NCBI GenBank assembly: GCA_903813345.2
Contig: CAIIXF020000001.1
Coordinates: 25,234,001-25,298,000, forward strand
Reading direction: 5' to 3'
Source: Owenia fusiformis
Lineage: Eukaryota
DNA length: 64,000 nt
Positions 26,001-39,162 of the stretch are shown piece after piece. Made by a program: the position numbers and the translations under genes. The first letter of the stretch is position 1. The number at the start of each line of letters is the position of its first letter. Below the pieces are notes generated by a model, which was not told the DNA's origin, searched no databases, and saw only the letters and a program-made list of their open reading frames with translations.

Positions 26001-29000
26001 GTCTCTTTGCCTCTATCGAATCCATTGTCATCCATATTGTTCATTTCATCTCCCTTGAGAATCATGATACGGTACGATTTCAACACAATCACTGGATTTA
26101 TTTCATTTTTCCTGAAATAAAGCATTATTGAATGTTATTAAAGAGATTTTGCAACTCACTTATAGCATGTTTATTATTCCCAAATAACGTATAACTTTTG
26201 ATGCGTTTTATTATGTCATCATTTATTGGGCAGCTCTATACGTCCATAAGTGTGATATTCTTACATAGACAACGATTTATAAGAATATCACACTATGTAC
26301 TTACAGACCTGCGCAATTCATGTAAATGATGACGTAATCAAACGCTTCATAAGTTATACACAAGGCATTAACATGACAAAATGTGACCACCTAAAACAAT
26401 TTGGTAAATTTAAAACAAGTTGGAAGGCCTTTTTGCCCTTGAGAAGGTCAATGAAGGTCAGATCTAAAATCTTAAATCAGATTTGAGCTTCTGAGATCTT
26501 GTAGATGATTTTGAAAACAAAATTTAGTCAAATGCTGATTTTGAAAACAAAATTTAGTCAATTTGAAGCAAGTTGAAAAAAGACCTTTTTGACCTTTTTT
26601 GACCTAGAGAAGGTCATTGAAGGTCAAATCTAAAATCAGATATGAACTTCTGAGAACTTGTAGATGATTCAGAAAAAATTGAAGTCAGTCTAAACAGTAC
26701 CGGAGTTTCTTGCGAATAGGCCCATGGGCGTTTATTTGAAAGAGGGGTGAATGAAAAAGTTTTTTTCCCTCTTTATAAAGGCCCATGGGCGTTTATTAAA
26801 AATGATTTCAAATAAACGCCCAGTGGGCGAATTATTCGAGAAAAGGAATGAAATTGCGAACAGTACATATGTAAGGTAATAGGTGATTACTGTCATTCTA
26901 GTACAAATAATTAATAAAAATATGACAAGAGGTTACATATTGGTCAACGTTCTTGCCCGCGTTCATGATACTAGTGCATGAGTATGAAGGACATGTGTCA
27001 TATTTGCGATCTATAATATCCCTCGACATAAACGCCCACTGGCTTGGGAGAGCTATTTTCCCTCTAAATAAACGCCCACCCCCCTTGGAAAAATGTTTTT
27101 TCCCTCTTAATAAAGGCCCATGTGCGTTTATTAAAAATTCTTTCAAATAAACGCCCAGTGCAAAATAAACGCCCGTGGGCCTATTCGCGAGAAACTCCGG
27201 TATTTGTTAAGTTATTGGAAGTTGTAAGAACTGTTACAGACTCCAACCACCAACCGCCATCACAAAAAAACGGAGACCATAACAATATGTCACCCCTTTT
27301 TGGTGGTGACATAATTAGACGGGAATAATATAAGTGAGTTATAAGTGAGTTGCGAAATCTCTATTATCATGGCAGTTCCATTATAGATATTATAAGAGGC
27401 AGTGAAAATGTCTTTCATCAATCATTTTATTTAAAAAATCAACAATGTTGATAGAATGACTGACCAATCAATGTATAGTCAATCCCATGGGCTTGTTTTG
27501 TCAGCCAAAAGTGATATAATGGTCTTCTCGAAATGCTGCCTAAATATGGGTTATTGGATTTTAATCTCACCTTGACTGAAAGCACATTCACTTAACTCCT
27601 ATAGATGTAAATGATGGGAACTACTGCCATTTTTATGCCCTATACTGTCAACCTGATAAACACTAACCTCATTGTGAAACCATGGCCATAGCCACTACTA
27701 GCCAGGCATAAGGCAGGTGAGGCAACTGCCTCGCCAAAATTTAATAGAAAAATATCAATTCAGACATTTGTTTTGAATTGAAGTTGTGAAAATGAACTCT
27801 TTTTATCTTTATAGTGTTATTTCGCTAGTGCCTCAAATTTGCCTCGCCAAATAAAATTTGCCTCGTCAAATTTAAGATCCTGGCTATGCCTCTGAAAAGC
27901 TCCAATATGTTCATCTTTTTATGTTTAAATGAGAATCATGGTTTTGTGATCATACTGTATATTAAATATACAAAACACAAAATCCATGGTCATTCTTGCT
28001 CTGTGGGGCTTTATTTCCTCAAATATACAAACTAGAAAACAGCAACTTCACCGAGTAGCAAATCCCACCAAACAAAACATGTCTCGATAAATAGCAGCCC
28101 TCTTGAACAGAGCTCCCTTATCCCCATGCATCAACCAGTATTTGAGTTATCTCCTGGACAAACAGATGGACGGACGGACAGACGGCTTTCCTATATCCCC
28201 TCGAACTTTGTTCGGTGGGATAATTACCAAATATATTTCTGTCTTTAAAGGAAGTCTGCTCTACTTACATGTTGAATATAAAATCCTCCATCTCTTCTTT
28301 TGAAAGGCAATAGTCCATCCTACAAGGTAAAAAGTTATAAATGTTACTGATTGTATTGTATAGTATTCTTATAAGACTCTAACTGTCTAATATAAGACAG
28401 TTACAATACAATGTTGTTCGAAATGCTTGTATAATGTTGTATCTTTCAAATTGTTTTCAGTACCAAGCCTATAAGGGGACCTTTTTTGGTTAAGTCTAGG
28501 TTTGCTAAATCCATACTGAAATTACATTTTTGGTTCACCATTCTGAGCACTTTTCAAGTGATTTTGGGCATTTTTGGGCCAAAGTTGTCAAAAGTGAACC
28601 CCCCTTGAATTTTTAAAAAGCAACCCCCCCCCTTTGGCAAATCCTGGCTACGGGCCTGTACATGTATGTATATGTGGGTTAATCTAAGGTAATGCTCATC
28701 ATAAACCTACTGCCACTCATCAGAATACATGTATTTGTGGATTTGTTTTAAGTGAAGATTCATATGAGGGTCCTGTTGAGAGGTTCACTCCTAAATAATA
28801 CTTTCTAATGACACTGAATGAACTTACTGTATATCACTGGCACCTTCAACTGCCTTTCTGATGGTATCCTCATTCCTGAAAATTCAACAAATGCTTCATT
28901 AAATAACAGCTTTTCTACAACTGTTTCATTTTTTAAAAATCTTTCTAATCAAGAGATGTACACATTATGGCTGGATAACTGAGAGAGTCGAAGATGTGCT

Positions 29001-32000
29001 TGGCAAATCCAGTAAACCCAGCTTCAGGAAACCAGGTTTACTGTTTGTTTCTGTTGACACCTGTGCAAAACTGCATTCGTAATCCATACCACAATGAACA
29101 GGAGGTTAACAGTCAAACCCAGGTTTGCTAGTCCCTTATTAGATTTTCGTATCACAGACCAGGGTTCGAGGCTATTCCAGGCCATAAAATATAAAAGAAT
29201 CGCTTAATCAGAAAATTGTTTGTGTTATCTACCAAGACATTAAACAAATATGAAATAGTACTTATTATGAGTGGTCTAAAATAGGCAGAGTTAGAAGACC
29301 CCTTATACTCATTCTGTCTCTATTTCTACATTAGATAATGGAAGAGGAGTCCCCTTTGCATTTGTTCGACTTCGCCTCTTAAAAGAGAGCTTTGTCTTTG
29401 GAATTTATAACAAGACTCTGCACGCAGGGGAGAAGTCGAAAAATCCCAGAATTCAAGATTGGACCCTGTTTTCATATAAAGATGACATGGTTTTTTGCAA
29501 AGGTAAATTTGGAGAGCAGCAAACCTGGTTTTGAGGGTGCAATCTATGCCAATGAGTGCTTCTGGGATAAATGGACAAAAATTGGATGGATCAAATACTG
29601 TACGATTGAATGGACCGATTACTTTTAAAATCTTATTCAAATCTTTGCTCCTAACTATTTCTGTTAGATAACAATGCTTTCTAATGAACTTACTGTATTT
29701 CACTGGCAGCTTCAACTGTCTTTCTGATGGTATCCCCTTTCCTGAAAATTCAAACAAATGCTTAAATATTTTCTGCCACGTTTTGTTAACATATCTACAG
29801 GTAAACTAAAATTAATTAATACTTTTTACCAATGGTTCTGGGTTTATTATTCTAGACCTGATTACTTTTGGGCATGCTTTGTAAACTGTAAGATGACTGG
29901 CTAAATGTGGAAATTTGCATTGGATTACAGATTTTTCTAGTTGATCTTACTCCATCCCATAATAATAAAGTGGCTCAGCCTGTAACACAATATACACCTG
30001 AACTGAAAACACCAAAATTAACTGAAACTTTTCACAATATTCTCTCAAAATTGCACCATCAAGTTCTAACAAGGCATTAACATGACAAAATGTCACCACC
30101 TTGTTGCTCACAATATTATGTGTTCAAGTCTTTTTGGCGGTGACTAAAAACATTCTTTTCTGTAAATGTCTGAAAAATTGGTATAACAATAAAAGAAAAA
30201 GGCAAATATGTATTCAGGCAGTTAGAGCATTTAGACATATGGAGTTCTAAGTATGGATTATTACTTTTGATACTGCATCCGCATATAGTGCATGTATGTA
30301 CTTACGATGTCGTAATGTCTGCACTCGAACCATTGAGATCCTCTTCATCAGTCATTGCTGAGCTAAAATGAAAATTTAAAGAGGTGTCATTTTTATACCA
30401 ATTCTCATATTCTTTGATGTTAGGGTACTATTCTTTGTTTTATACCATTCAAAGTGTCTTCTTTGCACCTCAATTTAATTTTCAAAAATTGGGAAAATCT
30501 AATTTAGCACTAAAATTGTCAAATTCAAGATCCACCCCTGCAAATCACTCTGTTATGTCTCTTTTGAGACTTAATATTAATGAAGAGTCTCATCTGAATT
30601 CCCCATGGAAAAAATGACTATTTTAGAGGGAATCTGCATTGGCATTAATTTTATCCATGTAGTTTTGATCAGGGAGGTGGTACTCTTTAAATTCTGAAGG
30701 ATATGGAGTGAAGCATTCCACGTTTAAAATGCCTCATTCCTCATTTCTTGGATTGCTCCCATGACATATTTCCTTCATCAGAAGTTTGAAAACTGATTCC
30801 ACTGAGCTTTTGGTTATGAGGATGGCCTTATGTCCTAGGGCATTTTCCCAGTGAAGGCTGTAAGAATCATCTATCCCAGTCATGTAATTGCTACTGTGGT
30901 GCTTTCTCAGAAAATAAAATAATTGACTAAATATTGTCTGAGATTATATATGATCCTACATTGAATCACTGACATTAGATTCCCATGGTAAAATGAAATA
31001 AATAGATAATTATATTGAATTATCAAGTCCAGAACCAATCAAATAGTAGAAGCTTTAATCTTGAGGTATTAACTAAATAATGTTTGGGGAACATCTGTGC
31101 CAAGTTTCAAGAAGATTGGTCTAGTAGTGACATTACTTCTGGATCACCTTGTATGTTGTTATTTATAGAATATTAATTACCTGAATGGGTAGCGAGTCTT
31201 CATCACTTCAATATCACTATTGCTGTCACTGTCACTTTCTTCATCATTCACTGGAATACACTTGCAAAAAAGTCTTATCTGTCCTGGTATTAATTTAGCA
31301 TCCAGATATTTTCGTAATGAAAAAACACCATCCACTGCATCCTCTACACTTCGCCCAGTAATGTCTGTCAGTGTTAGATTATAACAGTTTACATTTCCAA
31401 TCATTATATTTAGACCCTTGGGAAATAATGCAGCTTTCACCTGTTGAAGAATATCATGGTAAGAGTCTTGTGTTCCACAAGTTAGCTGAATAAAGTTTTT
31501 ATCTCCTAATGGAGACTTCACTAATGTAAGCTTTGACTTTTCTGATGCGGAGGCTACATAAAGACCAAACTGTACCACTCTCGAACTTTTCAACGGTCTT
31601 CCCATTTTTTCAGTTTTGGATTGTGTGCTGCTCATCATCATCTTCAGCAACTTTTGTCGCCTATCATCTGGAAAGTAGGATACATACTTTTACCACAAAG
31701 AATAACTTATTTTAGCTTTATTAAAGGTCATTTATTCTTTACTAGTTATGAATACTATGGGGACGGTTAGGGGACAATGACCCATGAATTAAACATTAAT
31801 TTACATGATCAGTTCACTTTCACAAGTAATGGTGATTTAAAGTACTGACCCTCAGAACCCTAAATACTCCAAACTTATTGGTGCAAAATAATTCAAGTAT
31901 AAAACATTAATGTTCATGACCAGTTCACTTTTGGATGCTTGTAACCTAATTCAAGTGCAGCATAATGTTTTACTTATTCTCTTTATTTGATTGATATTAA

Positions 32001-35000
32001 GTAAATAGCAGGAGCACTTGGCCATGTAAATAGTGTTGTTGGGTTAGGTCAATATTTCACTGTTCGTCAAAAAACGTAATTGATTTAGCAAGGTTTTAAC
32101 CCCCCTCCCCCTTCTCACAAAAGTCAGTGCGCGAAATAGACGTCCGACATCGGCCATTGGCCTGACAAAATTATAGATGGCTTGTTTTGATAAAAACACC
32201 CAGACATTTTGGCCTGCTAGACATTTGTGGCATTCGTTAGATTGCCCATGAATAGAACTTACATATCAGTCCGGAAATCCTCCGAATTCCCTGCGTTTTC
32301 GGCTTATTTCATGACTTTTGTTGAAGATTGAAAAACATTTCAAAATATTTTTGTTTGGTACCGAAGCACAAGATATAACGTGACTTTCGATTGGCTGTTG
32401 TTGTTTGTTGAAATTACAGTGATTTTGATTGGCTATGAATGACTCATTTCTTAATTGTCGTTCGCAAATCGAGTGCATTATCAGTATGCCGGATGTAGGA
32501 AAGAAATTGAAAAATCGAGCCGGCATCTAAGTCGAAAAAGTCGGCAGTTTGGAAGTATTTTGGGACTCCGATATCACAAGGTAAACGAATTGGTGATAGT
32601 ACACCATGCAGACTATGTGAAATGCCGATCACATTCGCGGCAGATGCTTTATATTTGATTTAATTGACGTATTTCTGAATGTGATTTTGAAAAGTGAAAC
32701 TGAAAGTGAAAGTGAAACTGTCATCATCAGACGATTGTATCATTTTTAGTGTTCTGTCTGTCCCGTCCCGTCCCGAAAGTACCGTATCCCGAGACCATTT
32801 GTACCGATCCAAACCGTACCGAATTTTTTTGACCGTGACACCTATAATATATACCTTGAATTTTAGTGGAGTCTGTGTACATAATATGTGTTTTTGAATA
32901 CCTTGAAGCTTCTGATTTCTGAGCAATTCTAAACCGACCAAAATCAGTACAATTTAGTTTGATCAATATGTACATGTTCCTCATGTTTTTGCAAGGTGAA
33001 TCTAGGGGGGGGGGATCAACACACTCAGGCTGTTGGTTAAGTCATCAATTACAGTATAGTGAATGATACATGACATGCAATATGCAATTAGTTTTATCTT
33101 TGTTAATATTGTACTAAACTAAATCTCAATTTAGAGTGGTTGTGGAGAAATATGGTAAGTGAAATTTTTGGCCAGAGAAGGAAGAAACAGCCTGCCAAAA
33201 ATTGGCCTAAGAAAAAATGATATGGCTTGTTAAAATCTGGCAGGCCTGCCAAAATGTCTAGGTTAAAAAAATCCTTATTTCATGCACTGAAAGTCAAAAT
33301 GTTGTTTCGTGTACAGTGTTAAAGAATCAAAATGTTGATTTGCATGCAGTGTACAAGTACAACCCCAGCACACAATATCTGCTTCTGCTATAAACACATA
33401 TCAAATTCTCTATCATATCTGTTGTATATTAAATGATCATACCATTGCAGAAGATGAAACTCTGAAATCAATGTCTGTCACCTAATTAAACAAGGCATTA
33501 ACATGGCAAAATGTCACCACCTAAAAAATTGGTTAATTTAAAGCAAGTTGAAAAAAGACCGTTTTGACCTTGGGAAGGTCATTGAAGGTCAAATCTGAAA
33601 TCTTAAGTCAGATTTGAGCTTCTGAGGTCTTGTAGATGACTTTGAAATTTTGAAGCAAGTTAAAAAAAGACCTTTTTGACATTAAGAACTTTATTGAAGG
33701 TCAAATCTCAAATCTAAAGTCAGATTTGAACTTCTGAGAACTTGTATATGATTTAGAAAACAATTTAAGTCAGTCTAAACAGTATTTGTTAAGTTATTGG
33801 AAGTTGTAAGAATCTGTTACAGACTCCAACCACCAACCGCCATCACAAAAAAACGGAGACCATAACAATATGTCAACACTTTTTGGTGGTGTCATAACAG
33901 GGATTTACACCCTCCCCCCTTACATAATTAATTACGTTTTTTGACGCACACTGAAACATTGACCTGACCTCTTAAGCAATTTAAAGTACTCGCAACCTTG
34001 AATACTCCAAACTGGTGCAAAATACTTCTTGTATTTAAAACATACATGATCAGTTCACTTTGGTATGCATAACAATTTTTAAATCATAGGGTTGAAGGAT
34101 TGTATCAGATTAGCCATTGGTATATTCGCTAGAAAATCAACTAGTATTGATGTAATATTGTAAACATATACATGTTGGTAATAGCACAATCAGTTCAAGT
34201 TATTACCTGATTACAGCAGTAATATATTTTAAAGATCTCAAATGAAATGATTTAAAGTAAACACTCAGAAACCTAAATACTCCATACTGGTGCAAAATAG
34301 ATCACATATTTTAACATTTGTTTACATGATCAGTTCACTTTTGGAAGCATGTAATCTAATTTCAGAGCAGTTTAATGTGTTACCAATGATCATTAGTCTT
34401 ATGATGGTAACAGATATCTATCTTATCTGGAGCGTGTGGCAATGTACAGAGTATCTAAGTGATGGTGAATTGAAGTACTCACAACCCTCAAGTTCCGAAC
34501 TGGTGCAAAATATTTCACATCAATTTACATGATCAGTTTCCCTTTCAATATGTAACACTAGATCTGATTATATCTCTTAAACATCTCAAACATACTCAGA
34601 ACCCTAAATACTCCATACTGGTGCAAAATAATTCAAATATTTAACATTAATTTACATGACCAGTTCACTTTTGGAAGCATGTAACCCAATTTCAGAGCAG
34701 CTGTTGCAGCATGTTGATAAATAGATAGCTGGAGCACATTTCTTGAATTTAACATGTAATATAAATAAGTAAGAAAATCTATTGCAAGGGCGGAATTGCT
34801 TGATTGCTATGTTATTTCAAGGATACACGTTTTTAAAAAGGGCTAACTATGCTACAGAAGCCAAATAGCTGGCAGTTGAGCCCAAGTTTTTATAGAATGA
34901 ACATCAAAGTTATGAATTGATGCTATGGTATTTTATGAAATTATAACTCAGATAGAATTTAGTTCTTTTCAAAGGATATGATATAGATTCAGTCAATGTG

Positions 35001-36164
35001 CACATTTAAATATAGGTCATAAGTTAGTTAGGATAAGTTAAAAAGCATTACAAAAGTCCAAACAAAGATAGAAGAATTCAAAACACAGACAAAGGAATTT
35101 ACCTTGTCCCAGTTCTACTACAAGGAGACAACATAGATGGTACAGGTAATATTACATATATGTAACACCACTTTACATGTTGATCAGTAGGTGTAATGTG
35201 ATATATTTTAAACATCTCAAACACACAGATTTAAAGTACATACTCAAAATCCTAAATACTCCATACTGGTGCAAAATATGTAATAGTCATGTAATTCAGT
35301 ATTTGTTAATATGACTAGTCCACTTTCGGAAGCATGTAACCTATTAGCCTACATGCAAGTAGAAATAATCTTGATTTACATCATTAAATATTCAAAATTC
35401 AGTCGATGTGATACCATATTGAAATCTACATGTGGTAACAAAAACAGTTAATCAACTTTCAAAATTTAATTTTCTTTGAAAATGTGACTTCTAGGTCGGG
35501 GAGATTCCCCATAGAGCCCATGTTATAAAATCACAAAAAGTGAATGATGTCTTTTCATTTAGTGGACAGATAGTGGACAGATAATATTTTGCTTTACTTG
35601 ACATTTTTTTCATTTGTATAACTATCAGATACATAAGGGTTATATGAAAATTATTCGACCAGAACAGATGGATATTTAAGTTTAAGGGCACTTTCTGCTA
35701 TACCTGCCATGCTATTTACGCCGAATTAGCCACCTGGTGGTGAAACTGGTTACTAGTTATTACTACCTACTTGCATCTGGGTAATTCCAGTGCAGCATAA
35801 TGTGAAACTAATACTCCATTAGTTTAATTATGGTAAATAATTACACAGAGTACACAGCCATTTAAAAAGTACTTGAGCAAAGATGGTTCAAAGTACCCAA
35901 ACCCCCAATTACTCCAAACTGGTGAATGGTGCAAAATAATACACTCATTTGACATTGATTATAAACAAATACTTCTATACAAATTATAAAAGTGCTACTG
36001 TTAAAAGTGTACAGTGTACCTGTATATCCAAATAAATAATAAATACCTGAAGACACACTACCACTACTAGTGCCTGGACTGGTATTTGGTGTTGGTTGGC
36101 ATTTTACACCACAGTGACAGCAAAAGTTTCCCACAGCTGGTTTCCCACAGCCAGTGCAAAACAT
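23045..36164 (-). CDS. Transposon-borne zinc-ribbon + HECT-domain E3 ubiquitin ligase-like protein, 11 coding exons, 592 aa
   Basis: Minus-strand exons 36047-36164, 31181-31667, 30306-30362, 29694-29741, 28828-28875, 28269-28319, 25815-26111, 24808-24917, 24294-24436, 23776-23953 and 23045-23286. All are GT-AG with matching phases, 1779 nt in total. N-terminus MFCTGCG..NFCCHCG; HECT motifs YDGENAKDLGGPRRE, ILKFITGS, catalytic PTSSTCTNTFRLP, and C-terminal YFGKH. The small middle exons are the least certain. Confidence 0.85.
23583..23737 (+). mobile_element. HINE-like family A, short copy
   Basis: Same two ends as 19688-20219. Confidence 0.7.
26360..27314 (+). mobile_element. HINE-like family A copy interrupted by a MITE
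   Basis: Same ends and body as 33489-33897, split at TAAACAGTA|TTTGTT by the 26700-27200 insertion. Confidence 0.75.
26700..27200. mobile_element. pogo/Tigger-like MITE, TA TSD
   Basis: TA|CCGGAGTTTCTTGCGAATAGGCCCA ... TGGGCCTATTCGCGAGAAACTCCGG|TA with internal ATAAACGCCCA repeats. The empty site TAAACAGTATTTGTT is visible in the paralogous HINE copy at 33776-33790. Confidence 0.88.
28029..28226 (+). mobile_element. HINE-like family B, internally deleted copy
   Basis: Both family B ends within about 200 bp. Confidence 0.65.
30068..30150 (+). mobile_element. HINE-like family A, minimal copy
   Basis: AACAAGGCATTAACATGACAAAATGTCACCACCT ... TTTTTGGCGGTGACTAAAAA. Confidence 0.6.
32125..33289. 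mobile_element. Non-autonomous DNA element with CAGTGC ends and 5-bp TSD AAAGT
   Basis: CAGTGCGCGAAATA ... TATTTCATGCACTG with AAAGT on both flanks. Confidence 0.65.
33489..33897 (+). mobile_element. HINE-like family A copy
   Basis: Same ends and internal TTGACC..GAAGGTCATTGAAGGTCAAATC repeats. Confidence 0.75.
35450..35780 (+). repeat. Dispersed repeat of about 300 bp, copy in the HECT intron
   Basis: TTGAAAATGTGACTTC, GGGAGATTCCC, CATGTTATAAAAT, CTATACCTGCCATGCTAT and GCCACCTGGTGGTGAAACTGGT are shared with 58660-58955. Confidence 0.8.
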
Positions 36165-37665
36165 GTCTGTAAAACAAAAATTTCATTAATCTGAGAATAG
36201 TGGTAGTTTAGAAAATACATCACCAATAAAATGCATGATGGGGCTCCCGTAGGATAATTGCAGCATGCACAATTTACCTATTTCTAATCACATTTCCACA
36301 TATATGCGAATATGCTCACTATTTCTTTGCATTATTTAGGACCATAGACGAGAAAACCCTGTTTCGAAATCTGAGGGGGCCCCCGATTGAAATCGTGAAA
36401 AACTTTGCAAATTTAATCACTTATTCTGGACGTTTTAATTCAAACGGTTTAATATCTTAAAATAAAATAATGTCAGCAGATGTGGTTGTCACAAATCGAG
36501 CTAATTTAAAGTTTAAATGTCATTGGAGATAAAGTTTCTTATTTGTGTCATGGAAAATCCTGAACTTCCAGATTGGGATTTACCAAATTAAATAAACGGC
36601 TTTATTAGATTCTAGCCACATTTACAATTTTACCGGCAATCATCTAAATGATTGATTTAACTTCTGGTATCAGTAAAACCCTAAATCATTCGAAATTCAA
36701 ATGTAATTGGTCGTAATTGGCATCCATGGTATTGCCAAAACAAGATGGCTGCAGGTCCAGATAGAATTCAAAATGGAGGGAGTTTGTATTAATTCACGGT
36801 ATTTGTTTGTGAATTAAAGCTAATGATGGTCTGTGTAAAATTTAATTAATGTGTATACAGTATGCACAAAAGTTGAACAAAGGGTCGATCAGACTCAATC
36901 TTACTTGAGTGTGATAATTGGTTACGTAACAAAGCTTTACTGCATGGTCATGGTGTATTCTACTCTATTTTTATGCATGCTTCCAGGCCTATGCTGCTTA
37001 TACTGCATGTTTACTAGTATTTTAGAAAATGTGAATAAAAATTGGTAATTTAAAATTGTATATGTTGTATTTACCCTTCAGGAACCCCAAAATGCATTTT
37101 ATTAGTGATGTATTTTCTAAACTACCGAGAATGGTACATCCTTCCAAGCATGTATTAGTACCATAAATTAAAGTATAAATGTCATTGGTCATTTCAAAAT
37201 ATATGGTACATTGTCATCATAGCCAGTCAATTATACTTTACATGGCAAATGTAAATTTTGCCTAATCACCGGTAAATTATATCAATTCATTCAACTCACT
37301 TAATCATCAATTCACACATAGCTAGGCAAAGTGTGTCAGATTCCAGCCAATCCGAACAGAGTATTTTTACATGACAGCAGTGCATGAAATAATCAACAAT
37401 AACGCATTTGTTGTGTATAGGTCACCAGTATGATATTCACCCGGTCCTGGGGTAACACCTACTGGTGCACTGATATGCTGCATGGTGAAATGTGTCTATA
37501 GGCAAAGGCAACGCAAGACAAAATATTTTGGAAAATATTCAATCAGACATTCTTTTTTCAGACCCAATGTCATATTTGGATAAGATTTACAATTCCTGTG
37601 ATCGTGCCACATATAACGCCACGCGATTACGTGTTGATTTTAAACTGAATTTGCAATGAAAACGA

Positions 37666-37672
37666 TCGAAGA

Positions 37673-37711
<39 letters not shown>

Positions 37712-37720
37712 CGAAGATCT
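37666..37720 (-). mobile_element. Poly(A)-only retro-insertion with 10-bp TSD
   Basis: TCGAAGATCT at 37666-37675 and 37711-37720 brackets a pure T-run (37675-37711). Confidence 0.7.
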
Positions 37721-37918
37721 GGTACTTTCATTTCTCACATGTTTGATAGCGGGTCATTAACTCTTAGCCTATTATCCATGTCTTATTTTTCACAAAAAAA
37801 ACTCAGAGGAACCCCGCAGAATTCCAGCAGAATTGGCTTTTTTCTTTGCAGAATTCACTAATTTCACTTGCAGAATTCAGTATTTTAACTCACGGAAAAC
37901 TGGGGGGAGTGCCCTAGG

Positions 37919-39162
37919 CCCGGGAGGTTCACTGTATACAAAATTCAGCGGGTTCCTAGGCTGAACCCTCAAATATGATCAATATGTTCCCATACCAATC
38001 TGTTAAATTTCAATGTGTTCCCATACTGACAAAAATAATGCCCCAAAGCACACCAAATGTCCAAATATAAGACCATTGCCATACCACATGTCCAGATGTA
38101 AGACTAAGGCCATTTAAAATGTCTAAAGCCCCGAGAAGAAGGCAGATCTTTGAGGAAAACGATCCAAAACAACCTCAAACTAGAAAACTGCAACTCCGCG
38201 AAGTAGCAAATCCCAACGAACAATATATCAATTACCAAATTAATTCCAATCAGTCATAGAATTGAAAAATTTAGATTTTATGATTGCGAATTCCTGAAAG
38301 GCAGCCATTTTGAATTTTCTGAGGTACAAATCTGAAAAATAATACCATAATTGTGATCTACTCTAAAATTCCTTCAATTTGAGTATAATATAGGCATACT
38401 TTGAAGGGATCGCAAAATTATTGCGAAATCCAACATTAGGCGGCCATTTTGAATTTCACGAGGTCTGAATCTGAAAAAAGATACAATCAACTCTAAATTG
38501 CCTTTCATTTGAGTATAATAAAGCTATACTTCAGAAATACCTCAAAATTAACGAATATTTCTGTTTTCCTGACCCCCCATACACGGCCCCAGGGGGTCAG
38601 CATGAAAAACAAGGAATATATGTGAAATAAATAGATGTTGTGAATATACTACCAAAATTTCAAACAAAAATATTTATTACTTTGGTTTCGAATGAAAAAT
38701 TCATGATTTTTACGAAAAAGTCTAGTCATTTTTAAAGCGGCGGCCATCATGGAAAATTTTTTTTTGGGTAAAACTATTCACCAATATACATCGTTCCACC
38801 AAATATGAAGAAAATCCGTCAACTGGTATTTGAGTTATCTTCCGGACGGACGGACGGACGGACTGACAGACGGAGGGCTTCACTATATCCCTACAGAACT
38901 TCGTTCGTTGGGATAATTAAGGATATGTGTAACTACTAGACCAATGCCATACACAAGTGAGAGGCAATGTATTTTCCATGACCATTCTCATACCAGGAGT
39001 GGAAAAATCTGACCATTGCCATACCTCAAATCATAATTTAGGGGGCATTCTCATTCCAGATCCTAAAAATTGGGTCCATTGCCATACCAAATGTCAAAAA
39101 AGGGACCCCACATGAGCCGAGGATCCCCCCCGTCAAGGTTTATATACAGTGAACACCCCAGG
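37919..39162. mobile_element. MITE with CCCGGG-type ends and 5-bp TSD CTAGG
   Basis: CCCGGGAGGTTCACTGTATA ... TATACAGTGAACACCCCAGG with CTAGG on both flanks. Internal CCATTGCCATACC repeats; hosts a HINE-like family B copy. Confidence 0.65.
38177..38919 (+). mobile_element. HINE-like family B copy nested in a MITE
   Basis: Family B ends and (GGAC)n at about 38843-38873. Confidence 0.7.

Larger units (their letters stand above)
31770..35950 (+). repeat. About seven dispersed copies of a roughly 110-bp module in HECT coding intron 1
   Basis: AAATACTCCAWACTGGTGCAAAATA..ATGAYCAGTTCACTTT recurs near 31860, 34000, 34275, 34495, 34605, 35255 and 35910. Confidence 0.75.

Noticed and set aside
29326-29757. 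143-aa minus-strand ORF
   Set aside because: Overlaps the 48-bp HECT exon in a different frame and runs into intron; no domain signal.
31770-35950. CRISPR-like array or microexon array
   Set aside because: Repeats are long, degenerate and irregularly spaced with no cas genes; I found no consistent open microexon with good splice sites.
23045-36164. Host G2E3 or another canonical HECT gene
   Set aside because: Lacks PHD/RING, WW or other canonical N-terminal domains and lies wholly within the TIR/TSD-bounded element, so no gene symbol was given.
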